In this document: in pieces, positions 24,501 through 37,647 of the stretch
Layout of the letters: each line of letters begins with the position of its first letter
Position numbering within the stretch: the first letter of the stretch is position 1
DNA from: Klebsormidium nitens
Taxonomy: Eukaryota > Plantae > Klebsormidiophyceae
DNA: 64,000 bases
Direction: 5' to 3'
Assembly (NCBI GenBank): GCA_000708835.1
Contig: DF237104.1
Coordinates: 62,001 to 126,000 of the forward strand
The notes under the pieces: generated by a model
What the model saw: the letters and a program-made list of their open reading frames with translations, nothing else
What the model was told of the DNA's origin: nothing
Database searches by the model: none
Translations under genes and position numbers: made by a program

Positions 24501-27500
24501 GACCGACGTGGCCGAACAGTCAGCGCCAGATATTGCGCCAACAGCCGCAAACAACGCTCTTTTCATTCAAAGCGCTCGCGCACTATTTTGTTGTACTCGC
24601 TTTGCAGCTTGGTTCCTCCCGTTGCTTCTCAGGCAAGCAAATCTCGCTGTCGATACGCAGACAAATTAGAGTCGTGAATGGGAGAAGGAGCAGAGTCCGG
24701 GGGCTTACTCGATGCCACCATGAGTAAGCTGTCGTCAAGCTCGTTCATGAGACACAATCGCGACACGCCCTTCTCCGTCCCCGTGTGCTTGTCCAGCTGG
24801 TTCACTGTCTGCCCCTCTTCGTAGTTCCATATCCTGATCAAAAGTCAGGGTTATAAATCTGGTCAAATCAACCGAGTTTCAATTGACTGCAAACACCCGG
24901 TCCCCTTTGGCATCCACTTTCTGCTTGACTTTATCTCCGGAGGACCACAAATCTCTCGCAATCCAACAGCAAACTTGGAGGAACGAGTTCAATTGAGATT
25001 CCATTACCCACGACCCGCGTAAACCCATCTTCTCACGCACGACTTGTAAGCGGGGCAAAGAGCACCGTTCCTGATGTTGCCGCCCCGCCCCAGTCAAACC
25101 GAGTGTCTCAGGACGCCAACCGAAAGAGCCCACAACGTCACAGAATGCTGCTCACCTTATCGTCTCCTTTTCGTCCGCTATACATACGATGGGCACGAAT
25201 GGATGTAGCAGGAGCGTCCTCGTCTCCCGCTCCGACTCGGTGTCGCAGCTCGCGATCTGGTCGCTCACTTTGCTCACGCCTGCACCTTGAAGCCCAGCAC
25301 AGTGTCAACACGCCGAACTAAGCGCTTTTGTGAATGGTCACTTCCTCTATGCTCCATTTATTCGTAACTATCCTTATGATTCGTACTTGATATATCCCGG
25401 AAAGGATGCAGAATACGAAGCATCAATCCCGTTGTCGCAATTATTGATTCTCTCTGCTTGTCTGCTCACCCCGGCACCTTGAGCCTTTGTAAAGCGCGTC
25501 AATCGTCAGCAGGGAGCACGATATTGAGAGAACGCTAACTCTCCGCGCGGTCAGATAGTGTGCGTGAGGCTCTTCACAGACAGTGGCAGACTTGTCAACC
25601 ACCTTTTCGTTTCCATTTCGTTTCTTCTCTGCGAAAGATTCAAGCAATTATGACCATTTGACGTCTGCCAGGCAAGTATTCTCGTGGCATCATGAGAACG
25701 CTTTCAAACCTCGGCAAAAGACCGCCTTTCCAGATGCACGGAGCGGTCCCTTACTCAGATGCTGACACGTCGAGATCCCCTCGAGGGCCATCCGCTCCCT
25801 GGCTGCGCGCCGCTGCATCCCCTCCTCTTCCTCCTCGTAAGACGGCTCTAGCAGCGGCCGAGAAAAGTGCCCGCAACTCCAGCTGAAGAGAGTAGACCGT
25901 GGAAGGACCCCCGCGTCCTGCAATCGGCAAGACTTTCCGCTCAATCGTTCGGATATATTTGACGCAAGACTGTAAGATGGTTTGAGAAGCAGCTGGGAGA
26001 AGTGCCCGCAGCTCCAGCTAGAAAGAGTGGACCGGATCCCGCGTCCTGCAATCGGCAGGGCTTTCAACTTGAGGTTTCGGACGCAAAAAGCCCAAACGAA
26101 GTACACGCAAACCCCTGGAGAGAGGCTTCATCCAGTTACCCTGCCAGATTGTGTATCTTTCAATATGCTTGACGCAATCGCTGCAGAAAGCGAGTCTATC
26201 CGGGGAACGTGCTACAGTCTGGCTACGATGCGGCGTCAGCTTCCCGCTGCCAAGTTCAACTCTCGCTGGCTCAAGGTTTTCAACTTAAGAGTCCTTCGAA
26301 GGCGAAATGCAGCTCTTCCGTCTCCGGCACGGCTGTTCAAAAGCGCTGCGGCTTGATACATATATTGCTGGTTTCTCTACAACCTTCGATGTTTGCATGT
26401 TCACCGGCAAAACTTGAAACGTGAGGAGCGCCCTCGACTGGCTCTTCGACAAGAGAATGACGAGAAATTCCCCACCATCAGCAGTATCAAAGCCCACCTT
26501 GATTGCGTGCGTAGATGTTGGAGAAGTCGCCATGGCCGCCAATGCCGTAGACGATGCGGAGGTGGGGAGATGATCCCCGAGTCCCCGTCCCCCCCCCGAA
26601 AAAGAGTTCTGGGCGACCGAGGGGATGAAACCCGACGAGCTGACCCTGCGCATGCCTGCGCTGGGCGGCGTGGGGGGGAGGAAAGAGGGGGTGCGGGTGG
26701 GGGGGGAGGCGGTGGGGTTGTTCCGCCAATTTTGGCTGAGGTTTCCGGCTGCAGCGGAGGCGATAGCGGCTGCAACGAAGGTAGATAGGTGTTATCGCTA
26801 AGAACCATAATGCAAAGAGACGGGACGAAATTACACACACCTGAACATTGTGGAAGACTGCTTCAGCAAACACGGGCACACGCAACAGGAAGCAGGGACA
26901 TGCATGTTTCCTCCAGCAGAGCCTGATGTGATGGGGCAAACTTCTAAACTGCCTGGGACTTGGCCCCTACCCAAGAATAGGAAGTATGCATCTCTTTTCC
27001 TCTGGTATAAAGAGCAGGAAGTACGCTTCACCGGTCAAAATGCATCCAGCGGTTTGCCTCTTAAGATGCGAGTCTGACACTAAGAAAAGGAATTTCGTCA
27101 CCACAGCACAGAAGTCCATCCGGAACCGTAGCGAGCTAGTTTCGTCCAAGCAGAATCCCATCCTCCTTCGTCGGACGTTACAAGGACTGACCTGTTGACG
27201 TCTGAGCCCAAGAAGTGGACCGTATCAAGCCCCCCCCCGGATGCGACGGCAGCTGCATTGTCTGCGTCACGGGGCCATGCCACGTGCCCTCTCCCCGCCT
27301 GTTACTAATCGGGGGGCCGGACGACACCAATTCCACCCCCACCATCCGCAACGTTTGCCGCGCCGAGTTCGCCACCCTCGGCCAGGGATCCCTTGACAGC
27401 ACATACAGCGCGCCCAGCAACTGCCCGTAGATCGCACTATCGTCCTTCGGGTGCGCCCCGTTCGCGGTCGGGGCGTTCCCGTCGGCCCCGTTCGCATCGG

Positions 27501-30500
27501 GCGCATTCAACCCGGGCGCGTTCAGCCCACTCGGGCTCAGCTCCGACTCTTCCAACTCGCCGTTCCCAAATGCCTCGCTGTCTTCCCGCAGGATCCCCGG
27601 TCCCACTTTCTGGGGCGCGGACGACGCGCGGGGCTCGGTGAGGACGGTCGGGGTGAGTATGCTGGACGGGGAGTGAGCGCCCGGTAGATTGATCCCAACC
27701 GACCCGGCGCCCATAAGCGCGGCAGTCGGGCCGAGCCCGGGGGAGAAAGGGATGGTCGGAGAGAAGCCGTAGGACAGGTGGCGCGTTGTAGGGACATGGC
27801 CATTGAAGGGGGGCCGGGGCCCAGCGAGCATGGAGTGGGAGGGGGGCTTCACGAAGGAGGCGGCGGCTTTACGGAACTGCTTGTTGTGGCTGTGGGCCAG
27901 CCGTGCCAAAGCTGGGGGGGGAAAAGAGGGCAAAGAGGTCAGGTTTCTGCGATGCTTACAACAGCAGGACCATCTCTGAACGAGGGAGGGAGAAGTATTA
28001 TCGACAGCATTTGCAAATGCAGGCCTGCTTGAAACACCGAAAGGCGAAAGCCTTCGGGGGCCTTCAAAGGAAAGACCCGTCATCCCTCCACCTAGGGTGA
28101 GTCCAAACATTGCTGACGTAATGGCTGCTGCGACTCTGCATTTAGCCGAGGTAAAGCAATCGGAACGTCAGGGGTTCGCTCCGTAACGGGTTTAAACGCC
28201 ATCCGCTAACCTAAAGACCAGCTTCATCCTTCCAAGAGCAACCTCCTTCCAGATCGCCAGAGCCCTCAAAAGAAGCCGTTTTTACTGGTCGCTGATACTT
28301 TCATCTACGGGCAGCAACACGACAAATGCAAACCACGCCTTCTCACCAAAACCAACTCCGTCCTCACAAAGCCCCATAACATGAGCCGCCAAAACAGAGT
28401 CACATCCGGTCAGCTGAGCTCTTCTCACAGACCCAATCAGAGGGACAAACCAACAGACGACTCCTTCTCACCTTTGACCAGCTTGATACGGACCAGCTAA
28501 CAAAATGCACACTCAACGTCAGCCCAATTTCCTCACAGCTAGCAACGAAATGACCAGCACTTGAGTTCTTCTCTCACCTATGACCAGTTCGGTCCGCACG
28601 AGCGGGCTCCCGTCGGTGTGCAGCGGCAGCAGGCTGCGTCCAACGTCACGCTCGTGCGTCAGCTCCGGGCCCTCATCCGTGTCCTCCTCCGCTATGCTCG
28701 GCGCGATTGACGTGCTCTCGTTCACGACGATCAGCGTGCCGAGGGCGAAGATGGCCGCGGCGCGTACCTGAGAAGCAGTGTTGGGACTAAGTTACAGGTA
28801 AACCAAGAGCAAGAAGCGTTTGAATGTCAGTCAATTTCCATGAGGTGTCATGCAGCCACAAACGGAGTTGAGAAGTTTGAGAAGAGGACTGAGAAAGGCT
28901 CTATTTGCACCTCAAGCAATGTGTTTAAATATTGCCCCTTCGTTGAAACGGTTGTCCAGTGCTGAGTCCGCAAGAGACAATCCCGTGAAGGGCTCATTGT
29001 CAAAACAAAGATGTTACTGCTATCAAAGCTGGAAACGAAACTCCGCGTGTCCCCAGCAGCTGCCTGACCCTCTCAACAAGAAGCAACTACTAGGACCCAA
29101 CATCAAAGGCCCTAACGCACACAGGTAACACACCCCTATTCTACAAACTCACCTCCGGCTGCGGCTCCCCCAATAGCTGCGCCACCGTCTCCGTTCCCCG
29201 CAGCCCCCAGGCGAGCTCCTGCCCCTCTGGGACCCCATCCCACAGCTTCCCGAGACACAAACACAGCCACTGCAGCAGAAGCGGCTCCCCCGGGGGCGCG
29301 TTCTGGATGTGGCTCAGGCAGATGCGAACTAGATCGGCCTGGATGCACGCGTGCTGGCCCTTCGGGTGGCTGTCGGCGATGACCGCGAGCACGAAGGCGG
29401 CCATCGCCCGCTGCTCGGCGTAGACGTCGGGGCTGTCGAGGAACTTGATGAAGTACAGGTGGCCGCCGTCCTTGACCAGGTCCACCTGGCACGACTGCCA
29501 AGTAAAAGCAGCGAGGTGAGTGCCTCGGAACATGGCCACTTGATTTGTTGCACTATACTAGGCGGATTGGCAAGTTTAGGTTCTGAAATCAAAGTCCGTT
29601 CCTTGAGATTTGGGTTGAGCTGTCGTCGGCCTCGCAAAACATACAGCTGGCAGCCGCCTTCCACCAGGTCCACCTTAGCGCCACTGGCAGAGCGGGATCA
29701 AGGAGAATCAGTAATCTTGGGACCGGAGCCCGGGGTGCTGTTGGAAGGGCTAACGTGGCGGGGTTTATGGGCTAGGTTGCTTTCGACCTATCATTGATCA
29801 AAATTCCGGGTCAAAACCCAAAACCTCGCCACGTCAGCCTTCCGACAGCGTCCCCGGCTCTGGTCGCCGAATACCCCGATTCTCCTTGACCCCGCTCTGG
29901 CAGGGGACAAAACAGGAGAGTCAGTGTAATCTTGAATTCTTCAGAGGTCGCCTCGGCAGGAATAGAAAGATGGTCCTAAAATTGCAGTAATCAGAACCAA
30001 TTAGTTCCGACTCGCTTCCAACAGGTCGGCTCCGCAGAGCTACAGGAGCACGGAAAAGCAGAGGGCAAGGTTTACTTGATTCAAGAATGACTTGTTGGCC
30101 TGACAGGTTTGGAGCAAGAAGAAAAATAGAGGAAAACGAATCATCTGGAGAAAGTATATAAGTCAGAAATCACTCGCGGCAATGTGTTCTAATCAGAAGG
30201 CCGTTGTTCTGGCATCTATTACAAGACACCGGAAAAGTAACAGACCCGCAGCAGCGTCGTCCAATCAGCTCACCTTGTCGAGCGCCAAGATCTTGGTCCA
30301 TATGAAGACCAAGATTTGGCGCAGCTCTGCGGCGGTCGTTTGCAGGAGCTTGAGGACGTATGGGAAGATGCCAACCGACAGCGCCAGGTCCACCGCCCAT
30401 GCGCCCATGTCAAGAAAGCGGCCCAGCAGAACCAGAGCGCGCAGCCGGTGCGACTGGCTGAGCAACACCTGGAGAAAGGGGGGGCGGAGGGAACTCAAGA

Positions 30501-33500
30501 GGACGACGAATCTTCCATCGAAGACGTGTATGTATATCAAGGATTAGGGTCCAAGAACTTGCGGCCGAGCAGAAGCAGCCCCCGCAGCCGGTGCAATTGG
30601 CTGAGCAACACCTGAAGAAGAGTCCAATGCTTTAGGATACGCAGTCTCTTTCAAAGAAAGCGATTCTCTGGTGCAGGTGCAACTGGCTGAGCGACACCTG
30701 AAGACGAGCCCAAGGGTTCAAGATACGCATTCGCAGAAGCAAAGAGTATCTCTCCAATGACCCCTTAAGGTTGTCAGAGTTGGCAGAGACCGCCCAGCAA
30801 GACCAGCGCGCACAGCCGTCGCGACTGGCGGAGCAAAACCTGGAGAGAAGTTGGATAAGTGAAGCAGCAGATATGTTTTGCATCGACAACCTTTACTCTG
30901 TCAATTGCTCGTGCAATTGTATTCGTCGATGCTGTGATTCTCAATCAAACGAACCGTCTGAGTACACTGATCCAACAGGTGACGACAAGACACGGCCAAT
31001 GGTTCACCTGCTGCCGACACAGATAAGAAAAGAACAGAACCCTGGTTCTGACTGTCGCTAGCTTGGCCAGCTTTCGGCCAACAAAACAAAAAACGGTGCT
31101 AAAGAACACAAAAGGCCGCAGCTCACAAAGGCCCACCTGGAGTACAATGGGCAGCTGTTCTGGTGGCTTCTTCTTTTCCGACCCATGTTCTAGCCAAACC
31201 TCGAACGCCGTCAGCTGCTCCGTGAAGAATGGACTCGGCTGCAGAGACGGATGGCTGGCTGGTTAGTGAAACCCAAATTGCTGCACGTTGATTGCAGCAA
31301 TCTTTATGACTGAAAAACGGTCTCGTCTGCAGAGAGATTGTTGTGGACGGGTCTGCGAAACCGAAGGCGTGCTTTACATGGAAGCTCCAACAAAGGACGG
31401 GCTCGCTTGCAGATGGTGAGTGGCAAACCAAGCCTGGACGTTGATGCTATCAGAAGCGATGCCCTCAAAAGGTGCCCTCCACTCAGCACATGAGGGCTCT
31501 GCTGCATGATTCCCACACATCGCGAAGCAAGTCCCCTCCAGATGGCACCAAATTCTCACTGCTTTCACACCCGGTTCGGTTCTCTTCAGTGTGCGAGATG
31601 ACTTGTATGGAGACTCAGCTACTTCAGTACTATCGCGATATCGGAATAAAGCACGCTGATTCTGGATGCACAAGAGCTTCTGCCCAGGAGTTTCAGTAGA
31701 GCTCGTCTTACCTGAAATTCGGCGTTGGGGTCAGCCAGAAGCTGGGGGAGCTGGGAGAGGCAGATCTCGGCGGCCATGTCCCATGCTTGCCTGCAAGAAG
31801 ACAAGCGACGTGCTTTGCGTCGAAGCTCCTGCTAGACGCAGGTCCTTTTCTGCCCCGTAAATCCAAACCTGTCCTTGTCTCCAACGGACATATCTCTTCA
31901 CTTACGGAGACAACTTAACAGTGTCTTGGGATGAACCTTGCTGTACTACTCAAAGCTATCTAGACTGGGTTTGCAAGGTTTCTTTTCCAGATTTAACTGC
32001 TCTGAACTCCCAAAGGCCTGTCACTGTAACCCATTCTTCTGATCGCGTTCTCAAAAGGGGACGCCACAGAAATCTGACGTATGGAGTAATCCACCCTGCT
32101 CAAAGCAGCTCAAAGATGAGGGCCTCCACTTATTTGGACAAGAGCCGAAGGGCTGACCACATGGGGTGCTGGTGCGTGGGTGGCAGCCGGGGGTGCGAGA
32201 CGGGGGTGCAGTTTGACGCACGCATCACGCGCTCCGCAAGCAGAAAGTTGCGGAAAAGACTGGCCACCAGCAGGTCCTGTCGGAACAACCGCTGGAACAG
32301 CTCTGCAGGAACAGGTTGGACGAGTGTAAACTTGAATGTGAACCGCTTGGGATACTGAAGGGTGTGACGGCTGCGGGGAATGCCAAAATTTGACTTGGGA
32401 AGGGTTGAATGCCACGGGCCGCAAAGAAATTTTAAATGAAAAGGAGAAATCGCCTGTGCTCCTGCTCGACTGTGCAGCGGGCTTGAATCCGCGTGTCCAT
32501 CGCAAAGCAAAAGGATGCTGCAACACTCTCAAGAACTCCGGATAGCGATTCCAGTGGATACGATGCAGCCCTGCGGCGTTGAAATCAAAGAAAGCGTTCG
32601 CACCCCGCGGCAGCACGTTCCAGGCGATGGTGTCAGTGATTGCAGTGAAGATCCAGTTGAGCTCGCCGAGCGGCGTCTTGCGGTCGTTCTGGCGTCCAGG
32701 GATCTTGTCGATCATGTCACGGTCCAGAACGTCTTTGAGCAGCGAGCGCGGGCAGAACCTGCGGATTAAAGAGAATCTTAACGTTAACAACTTCCCCGAG
32801 TGCAGGCGTTTGATGCGTTCAGATCGCCCCCGTCTTGAAACTTATGTGAAGAGCGAGCATTTCTGAGTAGAAACAGGAGAAGGAGCGAGCTTCAACAAGA
32901 CCAATCATCAGAGAATGACACCCTGGAGAAAACAAGCGGGGCATCTGTTAGCTCTGCCTATCACATGCGCGTAACGGTATCGGTGCCAGATTTTCTTAGA
33001 GGCGAGAGCCAGTCCAACCAAACGGGAAGAGAGCGACGCATTCTTCCGAACATGTGGTGCACGAAGTCACTCGAGGGGGTTCGGCAGCCATACCAGGTGA
33101 GAGCGATCTTGATGGGCGTGGTGAGGCAGGCGGTGAAGACGTCCGCGGGCAGATCCGCGTTTTGAGGCAGGATCTCCTCGGCGCCGCATGCGGCCAAGAT
33201 GATCGTCTCCTTCATCGCCGATATGGCAGACCCGCCGTGGCCCCATTCGGGCCGCTGCATGACAGAATCGCTTCTCTCCTTGGCCATCTGACGTTTTGTG
33301 GCTTTTCTGCGAATATGCAACCACTCGTAGCATACCTCCGAACCGGCATGGGAAACACGAATGGAATCGAACGCGGTGCTATGCTTGACAGGATACGAGA
33401 CCGAAGGGTTGACGGAACTTCGCAAAGGCTGACCGTCATGTACCCACAGGCCTTAAAGAGACAGAGACCGCTGATTCAATATCCTATGAGCACCAATATC

Positions 33501-36450
33501 ACAACAGCAGCAGGAGTTCGCGGGACAAATTTTGGATAAGCAGGGAACCTCCTCACCTCACAGAACGCGTTCACGATCATTCCGGCAGCGCTGCAGTCGA
33601 AGACGTAGATCGAAGGGGTCTGCAGCCACGTCTCGAGCTCGTACACGGACAAGGGGATGTACTGCGTGTACGTCTGCAGCAGTACAACGAAAGTGAGCGG
33701 CAGATATACACACGATGATGTCACTATTCTGTCAGCATGTAGAGGACTCTGCTCTCATGGCTCTATCAACGCCGGACCCCATGGCAAGGCTGCAGAGAAC
33801 TTGGAACGAGTGTACATTCACCTCTGACAAGCCAGATCTAGAATGATCTCTTAGTGATACATGCAAAGGCGGCGCAAAGACGTTCATCAGTTTAAACGCA
33901 CGAAGAAGTCAGAGGTCACACTAGAGACACACTTGGGGCGCCAAAGGGAATATCATCCCGTGCTTATGTGTGTCCTACTGCCCTACGGCGGACTTCGACA
34001 GGGAATTTCCGACCAAGTGGATGGGCTGGAACAAAAGCATTGTACAACAACGCTTGCTGCCAAGTCTGACGGGCAAAACATTTCCAGCCTGAGCAGAGAA
34101 AAAGTGGATGCAGCTATAGGACCTTGTTGAACAGCCAGATCTCGCCATTCGCCGTCGGCTTCGGGACCCCATGTCCGTTGTAGTGAAAGAGGACCCGCTC
34201 CGTCTTGGCGTTCTTGCGGCACGATGTGGCCAGCTTCTTGACCTCGTCCACCGTTGGATCCAGATTCACTTTGTACCTCGCCTGCAAGATTAAAGTAGAC
34301 TGTTTGTGAGGAGTTGATTCAAATATAGGCTCTGGATAAATCTTTCTTCTGATTTGTTAGGAACAACAGAGTGCAGTTTGCAGGAAATAGACGAAGGACC
34401 CAGCAACGCTACTGTCTAGTGTTCACAAAGTAGATCTACAGGGAGGACTGGCGCCTTCAGGTCCACTCTGCTTCTGTCTTCACTGCCAAACGACCCCAAA
34501 CGAGCACAAGTCCACATCTAATTGATTCATACAGCAGCAATATGGTATGATGAAGACAACTCATCATACAGTTGTTAGCAGGAAAGCGCAGGCACTACAG
34601 CAGGCAGGGCAGGTCAAAAGAAATCAAGATGCTTCAACAGTGCCACCTTCAACGCTTACCAAGATATGGTCCTATCTCTGTGTGCGCTCGCAGCTTGAGA
34701 ATCGATTTCATGTGTTGCAAACAATTGTTCAAATGCAAGATTGATCAGTGCCAGGTTTGACAACCGGTAAGAAAATGCATCACTGCACTGCCAGGATTGA
34801 GTGCAGGGCTTACCCGTGGTTGCCAGCGTTCGTACTGTGCTTGGAGATTTTTACCGATCTGGTCCAATGCTTTCTGCGCCTGCATTGACATTGGGTCTGC
34901 AAGGAAAGACTGAAGGTATGAGTTGCACAACTTCTCGTAGAGCAAAGGCAGCGATTGGAGCAGTAACTACACTCCACTCGAAGAGTTGGGAGCCCTCTGC
35001 CACCCGATTCACACTCATTAATCCGGAGAAAGCAGTTTTGACATTTGACATCTTTGATCAGCACTCAAGGTTCACCTAATGAGTGGGAGCACGGTACAAC
35101 ATGCAGATGGAAGGCTTGCTGCAGAACCAGCATGAAGTTGCGTCGGTGCCCCGCTTCCCACCTACCGGCTCCATCTTTGAAATTTCCAGTAGCCTTTGCA
35201 GACATCGGGTTTCCACCTCAACAGTCGATTTTTCAAGCTCATTCCTTCATTGCTCAGCTACTTTTGTCAAGCATTAGAACTACAAATTCTAGAGAAGCTC
35301 AATTCAATGAGGCAAGGAACCAGTTGCTAAGCTGAAGCTGTTCTACAACTGGAGGAGAGAGACTGAGAACTGACCTAGCCAGCACTCCACTCGGGCGCAG
35401 GGTGAGATCTTGATGACGTCAGGTGGATCGACCCCGATGTTGAGGCACAACACCAGGGCCACACTGCTGGTTTTCATCTGGTGAAGAAGACAGGAAGGGG
35501 GTTTGACAATGCAAAAACCTTCAGCACCAAAGTGGTGGTTTTCAAGATTCAGCATTACTTTCACTTCTCGGCAACTTGGAGACCCAGAACTCAACTTACA
35601 GGTCCGCTTGATACACGCATCAGTGAATCCCTTTTCGGCGTTCGCAGAGGTGTACTGTCCAGGATACATTCTTTGACCTGGATTTGAAAGACAAAGTCTT
35701 CAGAGAAATTCCCCTTTCAGGCAACGTCCCCTTAAAGTTGCACAGCGTTTCATACCACTAAAAAAGAAGCATATCGCTGTGCGGTGGCAGTGTTGTTGCG
35801 TGTACCGGCGCACCTACGACCTCCCCTCAAAAGAATCCGCTAGAAACATTCCTCGACGCTGCTCAGCATGGGGCACTTTTTAAGAAGGTGGTCATCAACA
35901 GAGTTTACTTGACGTCACAGCAGCCTCCAGAATCCGTACATCAGCACCACTCAGCATTGTGCTCTCTGCACAACAACGTTGGTAGATTGCTGATGAAACC
36001 TGCAGAGGCCCATGCTCTAGCATGCCATCATTTGATCTTGCACTGCTCTTTGACTTCGAGTTGTGTGAGAAAAGCAGCAACCTAGAAAGATGGATAAAAC
36101 AGCTGAGTACAGAACCGACAACCTTGCAAAAGGGACACTTTTGCAGAGAAAACCCAACACGAGCAGCTTACCCGATCCTTCATCCTCCACTTTGAGACTA
36201 CCCCCACGTCCCCCTGCATGCTTGATTGGAACGCCTCCACTCCAATGTTGTGCCGCAGATCGCAGAGATAGACGCTCTGAGGGAGGTAGGGGATGACATT
36301 GTCGGGTCCCATGCTCCCGTCGTCAGACTGGATGCTCCTTCGCAACATGTCCTCTGTTTGCGGAGACATGACCACCGGGGAAACGGGTGGGGACGGGATG
36401 GCAAGCTCGGACGGGTACGCCTGTCCGGGGGCCGTCCGAGCATCCCCCAT
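21581..36450 (-). CDS. RAPTOR: Regulatory-associated protein of TOR (RAPTOR): RNC domain, HEAT/ARM repeats, WD40 repeats; >20 exons
   Basis: Exon translations include [10 protein letters not shown]|[33 protein letters not shown] (35477-35375), [176 protein letters not shown] and [11 protein letters not shown]. The last exon (WD40) is ...[33 protein letters not shown]...* with TGA at 21581-83. The ATG at 36450 is inferred. Confidence 0.97.
30545..30850 (-). repeat. Three degenerate copies of a RAPTOR acceptor junction (exon [10 protein letters not shown]...)
   Basis: On the minus strand, ag|GTGTTGCTCAGCCA-like starts at about 30611, 30697 and 30839, versus the real start at 30468. Confidence 0.85.
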
Positions 36451-37647
36451 GATCCCGTCTTGTCGCAGATGACGTTTTTGCTGGTGATCTACACTCAAAC
36501 TTGGTTCTACTTCAATCTGATGATCTACGCCCTAACTTGGTTCCACTTCGATTTAACGCTGATAGATCCTCAATTTACCGAGCAGTAGAGAATCCACCAT
36601 AGCGGCGGGAAAAAAATCTCAAGAAAACAGAGTGCAATGCTACGGGACCTTGCCTACACCAGTAGGTTTTGCATTCAGGAACTTCCCGGTGACTCTGAGA
36701 CCCCACGACGCAATCTGCCTGGAGTCTCTAAGCAAAGCGGTCCGGCCAGCCAAAATGCGTATTGTTCCAGGTGCTAACTTTTCGAAAGGGTATATGACGA
36801 ACACTACTTGTTGCATCAAAGTGGACAACAACAGAGAATGTAGCGGGAGCTCCTACAGCAAAGATATCCAATGACCATGCTGCCAGGAGGTTTATGCAGG
36901 CTCAAGCGACAGTCACCAGCTGGGGGAAGCTCGTCCAATGCCATGGTGAATGCCGAAACTCCCGCTATTTCCGCAGAACAGCTCGTATTGATTGGACACC
37001 CGCAGGTAGCACTTTGCTGATGCCAGGGGCTGAAATTTGATGCTGATGACCTCCTGATGTAGCAGCATCCCCCCTGTAGATGCGCTGGGCAGTGGGATTG
37101 GATTTGAAGGGAAGAGAGCTCGTCTTCTTTGCAATTTACAGCCTCATGACAATGTTCCAGGAAGGCGGCAAACAAAGACCGATTCTCTTGACATTTTTGC
37201 TTGTAGTCACGTTTAAGAATGAGCACACTGGTCAGACTTCCGAAGTCCGCATGCCAGTACACTGCCAATGTGGTGACAGTGGTCAGGGATTTTGCAGCTT
37301 CTCCCTGCAAACAGACTGAGAGAGTCTGCATGAGACTCTGAGAACTCCAACTTCAAGACGGCGGTGTAGAGGGCTGGGCGCATTGGGGCGCATTCGGCTG
37401 CAGCGCCTCAGCTTGCCCTTCTGAGATGGGGCAGTCGCACGAAGGATGCTTTGTATGTTGACGATGGGCTAAAGAGAAGCACGCGGCATGCGGCGGAGAC
37501 CATGCGCTAAGACGTTTGTGAAGCTCTCCACGAGCTGTGGTGGTACGGCTGAATACCAAACGAACAGTCTCTCTGTATCCGGCAAGCTGCTTGAACTTTA
37601 CCTTAGGAATCACAAAGTTTGGAGGGGGGGGCTTCATCGTCAAAAAC
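36451..37647. promoter_or_regulatory. Short divergent intergenic region, probable bidirectional promoter and 5'UTRs of RAPTOR and TFIIA-gamma
   Basis: The two ATGs are ~1.2 kb apart and point away from each other. No specific cis-elements verified. Confidence 0.5.

Noticed and set aside
27178-28110. 310-aa ORF as an independent gene
   Set aside because: It is the low-complexity RAPTOR linker exon read through into flanking intron sequence.
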